Numbered from the stretch's first letter, positions 8,608 through 18,936 are shown. The stretch is 64,000 bases of DNA from Methanobrevibacter sp. (GCA_031284925.1 JAITXE010000048.1:1394-65393), one strand, 5' to 3'. The notes: generated by a model not told the origin, from the sequence alone. Numbers and translations are program-made.

Positions 8608-9861
8608 TTAAATATTCATTCTTATCAGTGGTTTAGATAGATGTCTTCTTGATGATATTGGAGTTTCATAATAGTTATTTTCAATTAATTCTCTTTCACA
8701 TGTAATAATTATTCTCTCTCCATCAGGAAGTTTAAACCCACATTTTTTACATTTAAATCCTTTTAATTTGCCTGCTGATGTCATAGTTTTACCACACTCA
8801 CATTTTGGATTTTTAAAGATTTGTTTCTTCTTTAATGATAATATTTTAATCTTCTCAAGATTGAATGTTCCACCACAACCAATTCCCCCATATACTTGAA
8901 TCTCATCTCCTTTAATGAGTTTTTTTATAATATGTCTAAAGTCTTTAGTTGGTTCATATGCTGCAAGTTCTATCTCACCACTTCCATCCATTAATTTAAA
9001 AAAAACATGCCCTCCTTCAATAACATGAGGATCGTTTTTAACTTCTCCATGCACAATATAAGAACCATATTTTTCCATTTCAGATATTTTATCTATTTTT
9101 TGAAGATGCATATCCGTGTGTTGGTTTGTTTTAAATATACAATAGTTATTAAGTTGTTCATATATTTTAACAATGTTTTTAGCTATTTCAAGTATTTCAG
9201 GAGATTCACCTCTAATTCCATAAAGAACTGGGCAGGGAGTATTTGGTTTAATTGCCATGTAATCATTATCAATATTTTCAAAAGTTTTAGGATAAGTTTT
9301 TTCATTCATTAAAACTACTGAATCATAATCTATGAGTCTTTTTTTAGCATAATTTTCTTTTATTCTATAAGTGATTAATTCGTATGTGTAATCTTTTAAA
9401 GGACATCCAATAGCTGCCACAGAACCAATAATTCCTCTCCCATTTTTAATTTTATGAATTTCCATCCCATTTTCAGTTGCAAATTTTTCAGCTTCTTCAA
9501 TTGTTATAATTGAATGGATTGCTTTAAGAGAATATTTTTCCATTTCTTTAGTAATTTCCCCATTATAAAATACAATTCCTGGGTTTGTATTTTCACAATC
9601 TACCCTTGATAAGAGTTTAACTTTATCAAGAACTATTTTCTTAATTAAGTCTTCATCCTTGCAGACAGCTATTTTAAATGAAACTGCTCCATTTCCACGT
9701 GTTTTAAATCTTGCAAATGGATTTAATCTTATAATATGGGGGAATCCTTCAATTTTAATTCCATTCTTTTTTAATTCAGTTATTATCTCTGATGCAAGAA
9801 ATGTTGTACACATTCCATATGGAGAGTCCGTATCATCAATTCCAATGTATAAGAAACTTAT
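8608..9861 (-). CDS. tiaS: tRNA(Ile2) 2-agmatinylcytidine synthetase TiaS
   Basis: The track ORF starts at MCTTF..., but the frame is open upstream and encodes ISFLYIGIDDTDSPYG before that Met, which is the conserved TiaS N-terminal motif. The C-terminal Zn ribbon is CECGKTMTSAGK...KCKKCG. The 5' end is drawn at ATA 9861-9859, because no in-frame ATG/GTG/TTG is available from 9900 down to the ATG at 9813 (hand-read). Confidence 0.8.
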   Translation of the reverse strand: MSFLYIGIDDTDSPYGMCTTFLASEIITELKKNGIKIEGFPHIIRLNPFARFKTRGNGAVSFKIAVCKDEDLIKKIVLDKVKLLSRVDCENTNPGIVFYNGEITKEMEKYSLKAIHSIITIEEAEKFATENGMEIHKIKNGRGIIGSVAAIGCPLKDYTYELITYRIKENYAKKRLIDYDSVVLMNEKTYPKTFENIDNDYMAIKPNTPCPVLYGIRGESPEILEIAKNIVKIYEQLNNYCIFKTNQHTDMHLQKIDKISEMEKYGSYIVHGEVKNDPHVIEGGHVFFKLMDGSGEIELAAYEPTKDFRHIIKKLIKGDEIQVYGGIGCGGTFNLEKIKILSLKKKQIFKNPKCECGKTMTSAGKLKGFKCKKCGFKLPDGERIIITCERELIENNYYETPISSRRHLSKPLIRMNI

Positions 9862-9865
9862 AAAA

Positions 9866-11053
9866 TCACCTTTTATTCCAATATAAAAATTTGTTTTTAT
9901 TAATGGTTGCTATAACATTCTCATTTTCAACTCTATTTATTATATTTAAATATGGATTTTTAGATATTAATTTACTTATAAATAATCGAGCATCATTACC
10001 TTCTTCAATCACTGATTTATTAACTACTGAATAAAAACTTGAATTATTTTTATCTAAGTTATTAGATCCTTCTACGGTAGATAATTTAAGTATATCTTTA
10101 GGATTTATATAAGTTTTATATTTTGCTCTTAATGCTTTTAAGCTGTATTCCATTTCGCGCATTAAATTTGGGGAGTTGAACATTATATTATCAGTTCCAA
10201 GCAAGGTTTTAATTCCATTTTTCTTAAAATCTAAAAATGGGGGAATTCCTAAAGAAAGTGTTCCATTAGAACGAGGACATATTGTGAGAATTTTATTATT
10301 CTCAGATATTAACTTAATATCATTCTCTTTTGGGTAAGTACTATGAATTAATAATTGAAAATTTAATTCAATCGCTCTTTCAATCTCAGTTTTCCCAGTT
10401 TCTTTAATTGATTTCTCTTGAAGTTTTAGATATTCTCCCACATGGATAGATGATATTTTATTTCTTTTAAAACATTCTTCTACTATAATTTCACATACTT
10501 CACTTCTTACTTCATTTAAACCACTTACTCCTATTCCATCACAGTTTTCTAAAAGTTTTATAGTTGTTTTTCTAATATTAATTGCTGATGCAGTATTATT
10601 ATGGAAAATAGGATCTCTTCCAAGTATTATTGGGTTAATAGGAATCTCAGATGCTGCTTTTTTTAATAATTCTATTCCTTTTAGACCTCCTTCACGGTAA
10701 TCTATGAAATGTGTTGTTCCTGTTTTAAGCATTTCCCACATTGAATCTTTCATAGCAGAAATAATCTCATCATCAGAACTTCTAGAAAGTGCAAGATGTT
10801 TTAATCCGAGCGGTGGTTTTACTAAGTCATCCATAGATTTTCCATCCCCACAATCTTTAATTATAGAGTCTCCAATATGTGTATGCCCATTTAAAAAACT
10901 TGGACATATTATTGCCCCAGAAACATCTATGATTTCACCTTTATAAATTTTATCTGAGATTTCAATGATTTTACCTTCATCAATTAACATGTTTGATTTT
11001 GTTGGGGTTAAATCATAACCTTTAAGAATGATTCCATTGGTAATTGTTTTCAT
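9866..11053 (-). CDS. Metal-dependent amidohydrolase (chlorohydrolase/deaminase-like family)
   Basis: 395 aa. N-terminal metal motif FLNGHTHIGDS, then later HV/HS and GTDN motifs. TGA stop at 9868-9866. Confidence 0.75.
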   Translation of the reverse strand: MKTITNGIILKGYDLTPTKSNMLIDEGKIIEISDKIYKGEIIDVSGAIICPSFLNGHTHIGDSIIKDCGDGKSMDDLVKPPLGLKHLALSRSSDDEIISAMKDSMWEMLKTGTTHFIDYREGGLKGIELLKKAASEIPINPIILGRDPIFHNNTASAINIRKTTIKLLENCDGIGVSGLNEVRSEVCEIIVEECFKRNKISSIHVGEYLKLQEKSIKETGKTEIERAIELNFQLLIHSTYPKENDIKLISENNKILTICPRSNGTLSLGIPPFLDFKKNGIKTLLGTDNIMFNSPNLMREMEYSLKALRAKYKTYINPKDILKLSTVEGSNNLDKNNSSFYSVVNKSVIEEGNDARLFISKLISKNPYLNIINRVENENVIATINKNKFLYWNKR

Positions 11054-11294
11054 TGTATTAATTATCCTTATTATTAAAGATTTAGAGTTTTACTTATTCT
11101 TAGTTTAAGATTTAAAGTTAAAAGTGTATACATTATATGAATTTTTAAGAAATTCCAAAAAGTTTTTAATACTCTATTATTTTATATGATAACTAATTAA
11201 TATTTTATTAATACAATTGAGACCATAAATAAATATACTTATAATTAAAATATTTAAGATAAGATTAATTATTAAATAAGTTGAAGAAATAAAA

Positions 11295-11935
11295 ATGTCA
11301 ACGAATCTTCTTAAATCAGAAGGTAAATGTTTATTTTGCGGTAAAACTTTTACTAAAGCAGGTACTAATCGTCATTTAAAAAATCATTTAAAGGAAAAAG
11401 AAGCTGAAAATAAGAAAGGAAAGTCATATCTTGTTAAAGTAGAACATAATCTTTATGGTTCTTTATCTTATTTTCTTTCATTATGGATTGATGGTGAAAC
11501 GAGCATGAAAGATATTGATTCATTTATTCGGGCCATTTGACTTGAATGTTGTGGGCATATGAATGAATTTTCAAATGGTAATGTATCAATGAATGCAAAA
11601 GCAAAAAATGTTTTTCATAAAGATTTGAAGTTGAATTATGAACATGATTTTGGAAGTACTACTGAACTTCAGTTAACTGTTTTAGATGAGTATTATGTAA
11701 AAACAGATGATGAATTAATATTGCTTTCACGTAATGAACCTATAAAGGGGAATCATGTTGCAAATCTGTGTTATTCATGATAGTATGTTCTGTGATAAAT
11801 GTGCAATAAAACATGCAGAAAAGTGTTCTGATTTAAAAATTATGCGTCAATGCCTGTTGTTAATTCCTCTCGTATGGGTCTATGTGGTTATGAAGGTAGA
11901 TTTATTGATCTTGAAAGAGATTAAAGGTTCCTTAT
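11295..11935 (+). pseudogene. Zn-finger / CCGH-motif protein gene, disrupted by one nonsense codon and two frameshifts
   Basis: The three track ORFs (11295-11540, 11559-11780, 11755-11937) are pieces of one gene. The sequence reads ...DSFIRAI[TGA]LECCGHMNEF..., with TGA at 11538-11540 where Trp is expected. Frame changes occur near 11745 and near 11830; the other frame there reads ...DLKNYASMPVVNSSRMGLCGYEGRFIDLERD*. Confidence 0.7.
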
Positions 11936-11959
11936 AAAAGAAATCATGAAAAAATAATC

Positions 11960-12420
11960 CGTGTATTTATATTAGTTATGAAAAATTAATTGAAAAAAGA
12001 GATTTACTTAAAAATAACATGAATTTATTTACTAAAGAAGCTTTAGAAAATTATGGGACTGATTTTGAGATTAACTTCACTCATGAGTCAACAGCTATTG
12101 AAGGAAACACTTTAACTTTACTAGAAACCAAACTTCTAATAGAAGATAAAATATCAATGGGAAAAAGGATTTAAAAGAAATATATGAAGTAACGAATCAT
12201 GATAAAGCTCGGAATTTTGCTAAAGAAAATTATATATTAAATCAGATGAAAAAAATAGCTATTATGATGTTTTAGATGAATATACTACTGATAATAATTT
12301 AAACCCATTTATTGATTTAATTTATAAATTAGAAGAAGAGCAATTGAATTTCTATTTAGAACAAATTCAGTCTAAAATTAATAATCATAGATTAAGGGAA
12401 TTATTAATTTTAGTATTATG
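11960..12420 (+). pseudogene. Fic/DOC-family protein relic (frameshifted; the HPFxxGNGR core is deleted)
   Basis: YEKLIEKRDLLKNNMNLFTKEALENYGTDFEINFTHESTAIEGNTLTLLETKLLIEDKISMGK, then a frameshift to DLKEIYEVTNHDKA. The catalytic motif is absent. The C-terminal piece is ...YYDVLDEYTTDNNLNPFIDLIYKLEEEQLNFYLEQIQS. Confidence 0.65.
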
Positions 12421-12802
12421 AAGAATATAGGATTTTAATCCAATTCATAATGTTATTTATATTTGGTGGCAATGTAAAACATAATCACTGATTTCAAATT
12501 CTAAAAACAGTTTTTAGTCATTAAAATCATTAATTCATAGAGAAATTATTATAGACGTCGTATGAATTTATCTATTTCCAAAATTTTGTTAAAAATCTAA
12601 GAATTTGGGAAAATCATGTGAAGATGAGAATAAGTTATAGACTTGGAAAAATCAATGAACCAAACATATCCCACAAAAAATAATCGCGTGGAAACCTCTA
12701 AATAAAATATACTAGATTTAAGAAATGACAAACCAAAATAGTTATACTATGAGATAATTTGTATTTTAATTCATCAATATTTTTAATATTATTGACATTG
12801 TT

Positions 12803-12847
12803 GTTTAAAATGAAATTTTCTTATTTTAACAGCAATGCTTTAATGTG
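12803..12847 (+). repeat. About 45-bp dispersed repeat (copy B; copy A is at 1437-1483)
   Basis: See copy A. This copy lies 34 nt upstream of the 12881 ORF start. Confidence 0.6.
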
Positions 12848-12880
12848 TTTTAATAAATTTAGTGTGGTAAATATGCAACG

Positions 12881-13171
12881 ATGGAAATTAAAATAGAAAA
12901 TAGTTTATTTAATATTATTAGCCAAAAAGCTAGAAAACAAGGTATATCAAAGAGTAAACTCATTAATGAAATATTAAAAAAAGAAAGCAGTGATAAAGAG
13001 TCAGCTATTGAAAGAATTGAAATTTTAACTAATGAAAAAGCAATTATTCTTAATAAGAACATCTACAATCCTTCTAATGTAAATATAATTGTTGGAATAG
13101 CTGATGCTCCTAAAGAATTTGATTCTGTAACTGCTGTAAATGATTTAGGATGGATAAGTAGGAATAAGTGA
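12881..13171 (+). CDS. RHH-like antitoxin candidate, followed by a PIN-toxin C-terminal relic
   Basis: MEIKIENSLFNIISQKARKQGISKSKLINEIL looks like an RHH N-terminus. Immediately after the stop, the sequence reads DIILFDTHFDNKKNI, which resembles the extreme C-terminus of VapC/PIN proteins. The body of the toxin gene is missing. Confidence 0.35.
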   Translation: MEIKIENSLFNIISQKARKQGISKSKLINEILKKESSDKESAIERIEILTNEKAIILNKNIYNPSNVNIIVGIADAPKEFDSVTAVNDLGWISRNK

Positions 13172-13616
13172 GATATTATCCTTTGATACTCATTTTGACA
13201 ATAAAAAAAATATAATTAGAGTTTATTAAATTAAGTTAATAATTGATGAGTGCAATTTATTTGTGTCTTAATCATGAAACATTCTTAACATTTGAAGATT
13301 TTTAACATTTATAAATTAGAACTTATCCTAAATTTGGTTTGCATTGAGTTTTTATTTATTCTGTATGCATATCTGGAGTTATTTTTTATTGTATGAAATA
13401 AAGTTTAATAATTATTTTATCATAGACTAATTTTTCAATTTTGGAAAATTCTTTTATTTTTAGAACATACAATGGGAACATTTATATAGAACTTTGTAAA
13501 TAACAGTTCTAATATAAAAATTTATAACTATTGTTATATATCAACAGGCGAATTTTTCACAGTAATCTCAGGTTGTGTTCCATCACTTATGGGGGATGAT
13601 GTTGATGCAATAGTCA

Positions 13617-14579
13617 ATGAATTTAAATTTAAGTAATTTTAATGAAAATACAAAAATAATTAAGGGGCATGATAATATAAGTGAAGTTAAAGAAGAGTTA
13701 GCTGTAAATGGTAAAGAAATAACAGGACCGCCCAAAATTAGGATTGACAATGTTAAAAAAATATTTAAAACCAAGAACAATAAAACGAGTAAAATAGAAG
13801 ATTTTATTGCACTAAATGATGTAAATTTAGATATTTATAAAGGCGAATTTTTAGTTGTTTTAGGTCCAAGTGGTTGTGGAAAATCAACTTTATTGGATAT
13901 TTTAGGTGGTCTTTCACCTGCAAGTGAAGGAGAAGTTAAAATAGATGATAATGTAATCACAGAACCTGGTTTAGATCGAGGGATTGTGTTTCAGCAATAT
14001 GCTTTACTACCTTGGAGAAATGCTCTTAAAAATGTTACATTTCCTCTTGAAAATAATAAAAAAGATGCTGAATCTGAAGAAATAGCTAGAAAGTATCTTG
14101 CGCTTGTTGGTTTATCTAGCTTTGAAGATAGATATCCTCATGAATTAAGTGGTGGTATGAAACAGAGAGTAGCTATTGCAAGAGCTTTAGCTATTGATCC
14201 AGAGATATTATTAATGGATGAACCATTTGCAGCTGTAGATGCTCAAACAAGAGCAATATTACAAGAAGATTTACTTAAAATCACTGAGAATACTAAGAAA
14301 ACTGTTATTTTCATTACCCATAGTATTGATGAAGCCGTATTTTTAGCTGATAGAGTGGCGGTTATGACTGCTAGACCGGGTACAATTAAAGAAATAGTGA
14401 ATATTCCCTTTTCAAGACATCATAGAATAGCTACAGATTTTAAAAACAATTCAGATTTTATAAGTTTAAGACGTAGAGTATGGGATCTTTTAAAAGAGGA
14501 GGTTATTAAATCTCAAGAAATCACTGAAAAGAGAATTAAATTTGAAGAAAATGAAAATATTGATGGTGGAGGGATTTAA
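13617..14579 (+). CDS. ABC transporter ATP-binding protein, NitT/TauT (nitrate/sulfonate/bicarbonate) family
   Basis: Walker A GPSGCGKST, signature LSGGMKQRVAIARAL, Walker B LLMDEPFAAVD. The start is uncertain because of an N-terminal extension of about 40 aa. Confidence 0.85.
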   Translation: MNLNLSNFNENTKIIKGHDNISEVKEELAVNGKEITGPPKIRIDNVKKIFKTKNNKTSKIEDFIALNDVNLDIYKGEFLVVLGPSGCGKSTLLDILGGLSPASEGEVKIDDNVITEPGLDRGIVFQQYALLPWRNALKNVTFPLENNKKDAESEEIARKYLALVGLSSFEDRYPHELSGGMKQRVAIARALAIDPEILLMDEPFAAVDAQTRAILQEDLLKITENTKKTVIFITHSIDEAVFLADRVAVMTARPGTIKEIVNIPFSRHHRIATDFKNNSDFISLRRRVWDLLKEEVIKSQEITEKRIKFEENENIDGGGI

Positions 14580-15362
14580 ATGGCACTAAACTCTTCAGTT
14601 ATGGGTTGGTTTAAATCAGTAGCACATAAATATCTTGCAATTATAGTATTTTTAATAGCTTGGCAGATTTTTCCAACAATTGGTCTTGTTAATGAGATTT
14701 TTATCCCAACTCCAACCACAATTCTTGCTGAAATTTGGAAATTAACTCTTGATGGAACTTTACCAAATGATGCAGTAATAAGTTTGTTTAGAGTAGGTGT
14801 TGGTTTTGGGATTGCACTTTTAGTAGCATTACCTCTTGGGTTTTTATTAGGAGGTTTCTTTAAAAGCTTTGAAAAAGCAGTTAATCCTCTTTTACAACTT
14901 TTATCTCAAGCAAACCCTTTCACATTATTCCCTATTTTTATCGTGTTTTTAGGTATAGGTGAAGTTTCTAAAATATCAATTATTTATTGGGTTTGCCAAT
15001 GGCCAATATTACTTAATACAATCACAGGTATTTCTAATGTTGATCCTGTTTTAATTAAAATGGCAAGATCTTCTGGTCTTTCAAAAGCAGAGATTTTTAC
15101 TAAGGTATTAATTCCTGCATCATTACCAACGGTCTTTACAGGAATTCGTATGGGTGCAGCATTTTCATTCTTCATGCTTATTGGGGCTGAGATGTTAGGA
15201 TCAAGTGCTGGTTTAGGATATTTGATTATGCAAGCTCAGATGGTTATGCAAATTCCTAGAATGTGGGCGGGAATTGTTGTTGTTGCATTAATAGGTTATA
15301 TTGTAACCTATTCCTTAATTTATCTAGAGCGAAGAGGTTCTGTTTGGAAACAAGAGGTATGA
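14580..15362 (+). CDS. ABC transporter permease (NitT/TauT family)
   Basis: 260 aa and polytopic. The start codon abuts the ATPase stop, which suggests translational coupling. Paralogous to 16625-17422 (shared ...LGFLLGG...NP...WP.L.NT..G). Confidence 0.85.
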   Translation: MALNSSVMGWFKSVAHKYLAIIVFLIAWQIFPTIGLVNEIFIPTPTTILAEIWKLTLDGTLPNDAVISLFRVGVGFGIALLVALPLGFLLGGFFKSFEKAVNPLLQLLSQANPFTLFPIFIVFLGIGEVSKISIIYWVCQWPILLNTITGISNVDPVLIKMARSSGLSKAEIFTKVLIPASLPTVFTGIRMGAAFSFFMLIGAEMLGSSAGLGYLIMQAQMVMQIPRMWAGIVVVALIGYIVTYSLIYLERRGSVWKQEV

Positions 15363-15484
15363 TTTTTATAAATATTATTTATTAAGGGTGATATCCATGA
15401 TGTCTTAAGAGAACATATAGATTAATTCATTATAATATAACTTATTAAAATATTAAAATAAATAAAAAAGGAGAGATACAATAA

Positions 15485-16543
15485 ATGGTTAATAAAAAGT
15501 TATTATTAATAGTTTTAGCAATTATACCTATAGTTGTAGTTGTTGGTGTATTATCATTATCACAACCTGTAGATGCTAATGCAATTAAGGGGGCGGTGAC
15601 TAAAGATTGTTCTGGAACTCCATGGTTTGTTGCTAAGGAGAAAGGATTTTTTGATAAATATAATGTAACTTTAGTTGATAAAGGAAACATTCCTCCTCAA
15701 CAGCAACCATCAGCATTTACAAATGGAGATCTTAATGTATTTGACGGACATCCAGATCACTTAATTAACTTCCTTAAAAGTGGAATTAAAGCAAAAGCTG
15801 TTGCAGTAACTGGTGCAGAACCAATAAATGGTTCTATTGAGAAACGGCATATGCACTGGTTAGTTAAAGAAGATAGCCCATTAAAAAATGCCTCAGACTT
15901 TAAGAAATTTGTTGAAGATAATCATCGTAAAGTTAAAGTAGGAGTATTGTCTACAGGTAGCTGTGCTGATTTAGAAACTAGTGCATGGTTAAGAAATAAT
16001 GGGGTTGATCCAAAGAGTATTATAGAATACCTTGTACTTCCTGATAACCAACAAGAACAAACTTTAATACAAGGAGGCATAGATGTTTCAGTATTACATC
16101 CTCCATTCTTTTATAAAGCAGAAAGAGATAATAATGAAACAACAGACCCTAGTAAAAAACTAAGAATATTAACTACAAGTACTGAAGTATTTGGTCCTGC
16201 TGCAGGAGTGACTATGGCTATTGTTACTGAAGATTACATAAAAAAACATCCAGATACAGTTAGAAAGTTTATTAAAGCATTTTTAGATGCAAATAGATGG
16301 TCTAATAATAATAGGCAAGAAGCTGGAGAAATAACCTCTAAAAATATTGGTTTACCATACACATCTAATGTTCATTGGTACAGTCCTTCTGGAGCATTTG
16401 ATGCAACAGTTGATGGTTACTTGCAAACATGGATTGATGCAATGGTAGCGGATGGATTAATAAAAGAAGGTGAATTTAAACCAGAGGATCTTTACACTAC
16501 AAAATTTAGTGATGCATGGGATACCAGTTTACCAGATCAATGA
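15485..16543 (+). CDS. ABC transporter substrate-binding protein (NMT1/THI5-like fold), membrane-anchored
   Basis: 352 aa with an N-terminal TM/signal anchor LLLIVLAIIPIVVVVGVL. It sits between the two permease genes of the same family. Confidence 0.75.
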   Translation: MVNKKLLLIVLAIIPIVVVVGVLSLSQPVDANAIKGAVTKDCSGTPWFVAKEKGFFDKYNVTLVDKGNIPPQQQPSAFTNGDLNVFDGHPDHLINFLKSGIKAKAVAVTGAEPINGSIEKRHMHWLVKEDSPLKNASDFKKFVEDNHRKVKVGVLSTGSCADLETSAWLRNNGVDPKSIIEYLVLPDNQQEQTLIQGGIDVSVLHPPFFYKAERDNNETTDPSKKLRILTTSTEVFGPAAGVTMAIVTEDYIKKHPDTVRKFIKAFLDANRWSNNNRQEAGEITSKNIGLPYTSNVHWYSPSGAFDATVDGYLQTWIDAMVADGLIKEGEFKPEDLYTTKFSDAWDTSLPDQ

Positions 16544-16624
16544 AAAATTTATTTTTTTATAATATTATTTTATCTGTTTATTAAAACTTTCCATGATTAA
16601 TATATTAAATAAGGATTAATTTAA

Positions 16625-17422
16625 ATGAAATTAGAAAGTGCTAAAGAAAATCAAATTTATAAAATTTTTGCTCATGTGAGATCATTTTTTATTAAATTTA
16701 TTGCTATTATCCTTTTTATAATTCTATGGGAAGTTTTAAGTATTGTTGGTGTATTTGATCCTAACTTTATATCATCACCAACAAATATAATAATCACGGC
16801 ATGGCAGTTAATAATTCATGGAATGATTATAGAAGATATTTTATATACATTAATAAGGGTAATAATTGGTATTTCACTTGCAATTTTAATAGCTATCCCA
16901 TTAGGTTTTTTACTTGGAGGATACTTTAAAAAAATAGAAGAATCTTTAAATCCTTTTTTTATACTTTTAGAACAATTCAATCCACTTACACTTTTTCATT
17001 TACTAATACTCGTAACCATTATAAATGAGTTATCCACAGTAATTATTATTTATTGGGCAGCACAATGGCCAATATTAAATAATACTGTTACTGGGGCAAA
17101 AAATGTAAATCCAACCTACGTTAAAGTAGCTAAAGCAACTAAATTAGATAAATTTGATATATTTTGGAAAGTTCAGCTTCGTTCATCACTCTCAAATATA
17201 TTTTCAGGTATTCGTTTAGGAATTCTGTCTGGGTTTTTAATGGCTTTTGGAGTTGAAATGATGGGAATGACAACTGGAAAAGGATTAGGATACTTTATTA
17301 TGAACTCACAAATGAATGGCGAAGTTTCTTTCATTTGGGCAGGCATATTTATAATGACATTATTATCTTTATTAATAACCTTATCAATAAATCAAATTGA
17401 AAAGTATTTATGTAAGAATTAA
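16625..17422 (+). CDS. Second ABC transporter permease (NitT/TauT family)
   Basis: 265 aa. Clear paralog of 14580-15362. Confidence 0.85.
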   Translation: MKLESAKENQIYKIFAHVRSFFIKFIAIILFIILWEVLSIVGVFDPNFISSPTNIIITAWQLIIHGMIIEDILYTLIRVIIGISLAILIAIPLGFLLGGYFKKIEESLNPFFILLEQFNPLTLFHLLILVTIINELSTVIIIYWAAQWPILNNTVTGAKNVNPTYVKVAKATKLDKFDIFWKVQLRSSLSNIFSGIRLGILSGFLMAFGVEMMGMTTGKGLGYFIMNSQMNGEVSFIWAGIFIMTLLSLLITLSINQIEKYLCKN

Positions 17423-17809
17423 TATAATAAGTATAGAGGTTTCCACACAAGTGTATTTTTTGAAAATATTAACTTGGAGTAAATCAATTTATTTATAATT
17501 TAACAATATTTAATTATTTTATTTTAATTTAAAAAGAATTTTAATTAGTTAAATAAATATTAAATCAAACTTTACATTCATTAAATAAAACATCCATTTA
17601 AACAATGATTTAATAATTATAAATTGCTTTTTCTTTTCGTTGCCAATAAAAATTTAAGGAATAATTTAATAATAGATTTAAAGAGATAAAAATTTTTTTA
17701 AAAATACATTTCTTTGGAAGCCTCGTATAAATAATAAATAAAGAAATAATTAAATAGTAATTATAAAATAATAAATAATTAAATGAGATAAATCATGGGA
17801 GGATAAATA

Positions 17810-18064
17810 ATGAAAAAAAAATATGTAATTGGTGGGGTATTTATAGTTATTGTAATTATAGCTATTGTTGCGACATGTATTTTAGCATCTCAACATGAAA
17901 AAGGGGTATGTAATCAATGCAAAATGTTAATATCTAAGTGCCATGACCATGCAGGTGGAGATAATGAATGTTGTGCTATGTGTGAAATAGGTAATGATAG
18001 TAAATGTAATTGTAATATGTCTATGACAAAAGAAAACTCATCTATGGGAATGAACAATACTTGA
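17810..18064 (+). CDS. Membrane-anchored Cys/His/Met-rich small protein (84 aa)
   Basis: GGAGG 6-8 nt upstream. One TM segment (VIGGVFIVIVIIAIVATCILA), then CNQCKMLISKCHDHAGGDNECCAMCEIGNDSKCNCNMSM. Confidence 0.55.
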   Translation: MKKKYVIGGVFIVIVIIAIVATCILASQHEKGVCNQCKMLISKCHDHAGGDNECCAMCEIGNDSKCNCNMSMTKENSSMGMNNT

Positions 18065-18936
18065 TTTTAAAAATGGCAAAATAATTAAAAATTTTATCAT
18101 TAAATTTCTTTTTTTTAAAATGGGGGGAAACATTCTCCAAAAATTTCTTTTGTATGTTTTATAGCTAAATCTACCTATTTTGGATATTTTGAACTTATTT
18201 TTTTTGAAAATCATCTCTATTATTTGAGATAGCTATTATTTTTAGAAAATCTTCATATGTTTTTTTTAGATAGATTTGATTTATTATTACATGGAATTTC
18301 AATTAATATTTCTTTCTAATTAATGGAGAAACAGAACTTACTAAAACCTTATTTTCAAGTTCAATTAAAGGAGGAAGACCTCCGCAATCTTTTCTATTAT
18401 TTGATGTGAATTTTTCATAATTTTTAACAGTGTAATTCAGTGTAAAAATCAGGATTATATTCTTTTATAAGGCCTATGACTTTTCCCAATTTCTAATAAT
18501 CTTCTTTTAAAGTTGAGATATATTCACTTTCATCAAAGTTACATATTATAATTTTCCCATTCTTAAAACCATTTAAGTTCTTTAAGAAGCTTAAAGTTGT
18601 TAATCCTTCTTTTTCATGAAGTTCATTAACAAATAATTTAGTGGGTGATTCTGATTTATTAATACATTTAAAATAAGTCATTTTATCATTTATTAGTATT
18701 TTTTTAATAATTAATTATATTTAAAATAATTTTTATAAACATTAAATATAATATTATTATATCTAAAAATTAAATATTAAATTTAAAAATAAATAAATTT
18801 TTACTTTTATACTTCCTAAATTTAATAGAAATAAGCATTGTAAATTTAAATGTTTCTTTATAATCAATTTTTTTCATCTCATTAATAATTTTTTTAAAAA
18901 ACATTCCTTAAGTTGTTAGAGTGGGATAGTGTGTTC

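Noticed and set aside
11538-11540. In-frame TGA codons at positions where Trp is expected (11538-11540 in the CCGH gene; 21322-21324 in the TPR relic). These raised the idea of TGA-to-Trp recoding.
   Set aside because: Both loci carry additional frameshifts. Intact conserved genes terminate at TGA at the expected length (for example 9868-9866, 30379-30381, 61844-61846), and read-through there gives implausible hydrophobic or low-complexity tails. Another in-frame TGA (in the MoeA relic) replaces Gly, not Trp. Ordinary AT-biased nonsense mutations explain all of them.
12687-12700. A 13-nt match, gtggaaacctcta, at about 12690 with its reverse complement at about 17440.
   Set aside because: A rough estimate of the expected number of chance 13-mer matches of this composition among all position pairs in a 64-kb AT-rich window is above one, and there is no extended similarity around either site.
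13300-13616. Possible TPP or other riboswitch upstream of the ABC transporter with a THI5/NMT1-like binding protein.
   Set aside because: The only CTGAGA-like element (at about 13570) is on the wrong strand. I could not see the conserved TPP aptamer helices, and TPP riboswitches are uncommon in this archaeal group.
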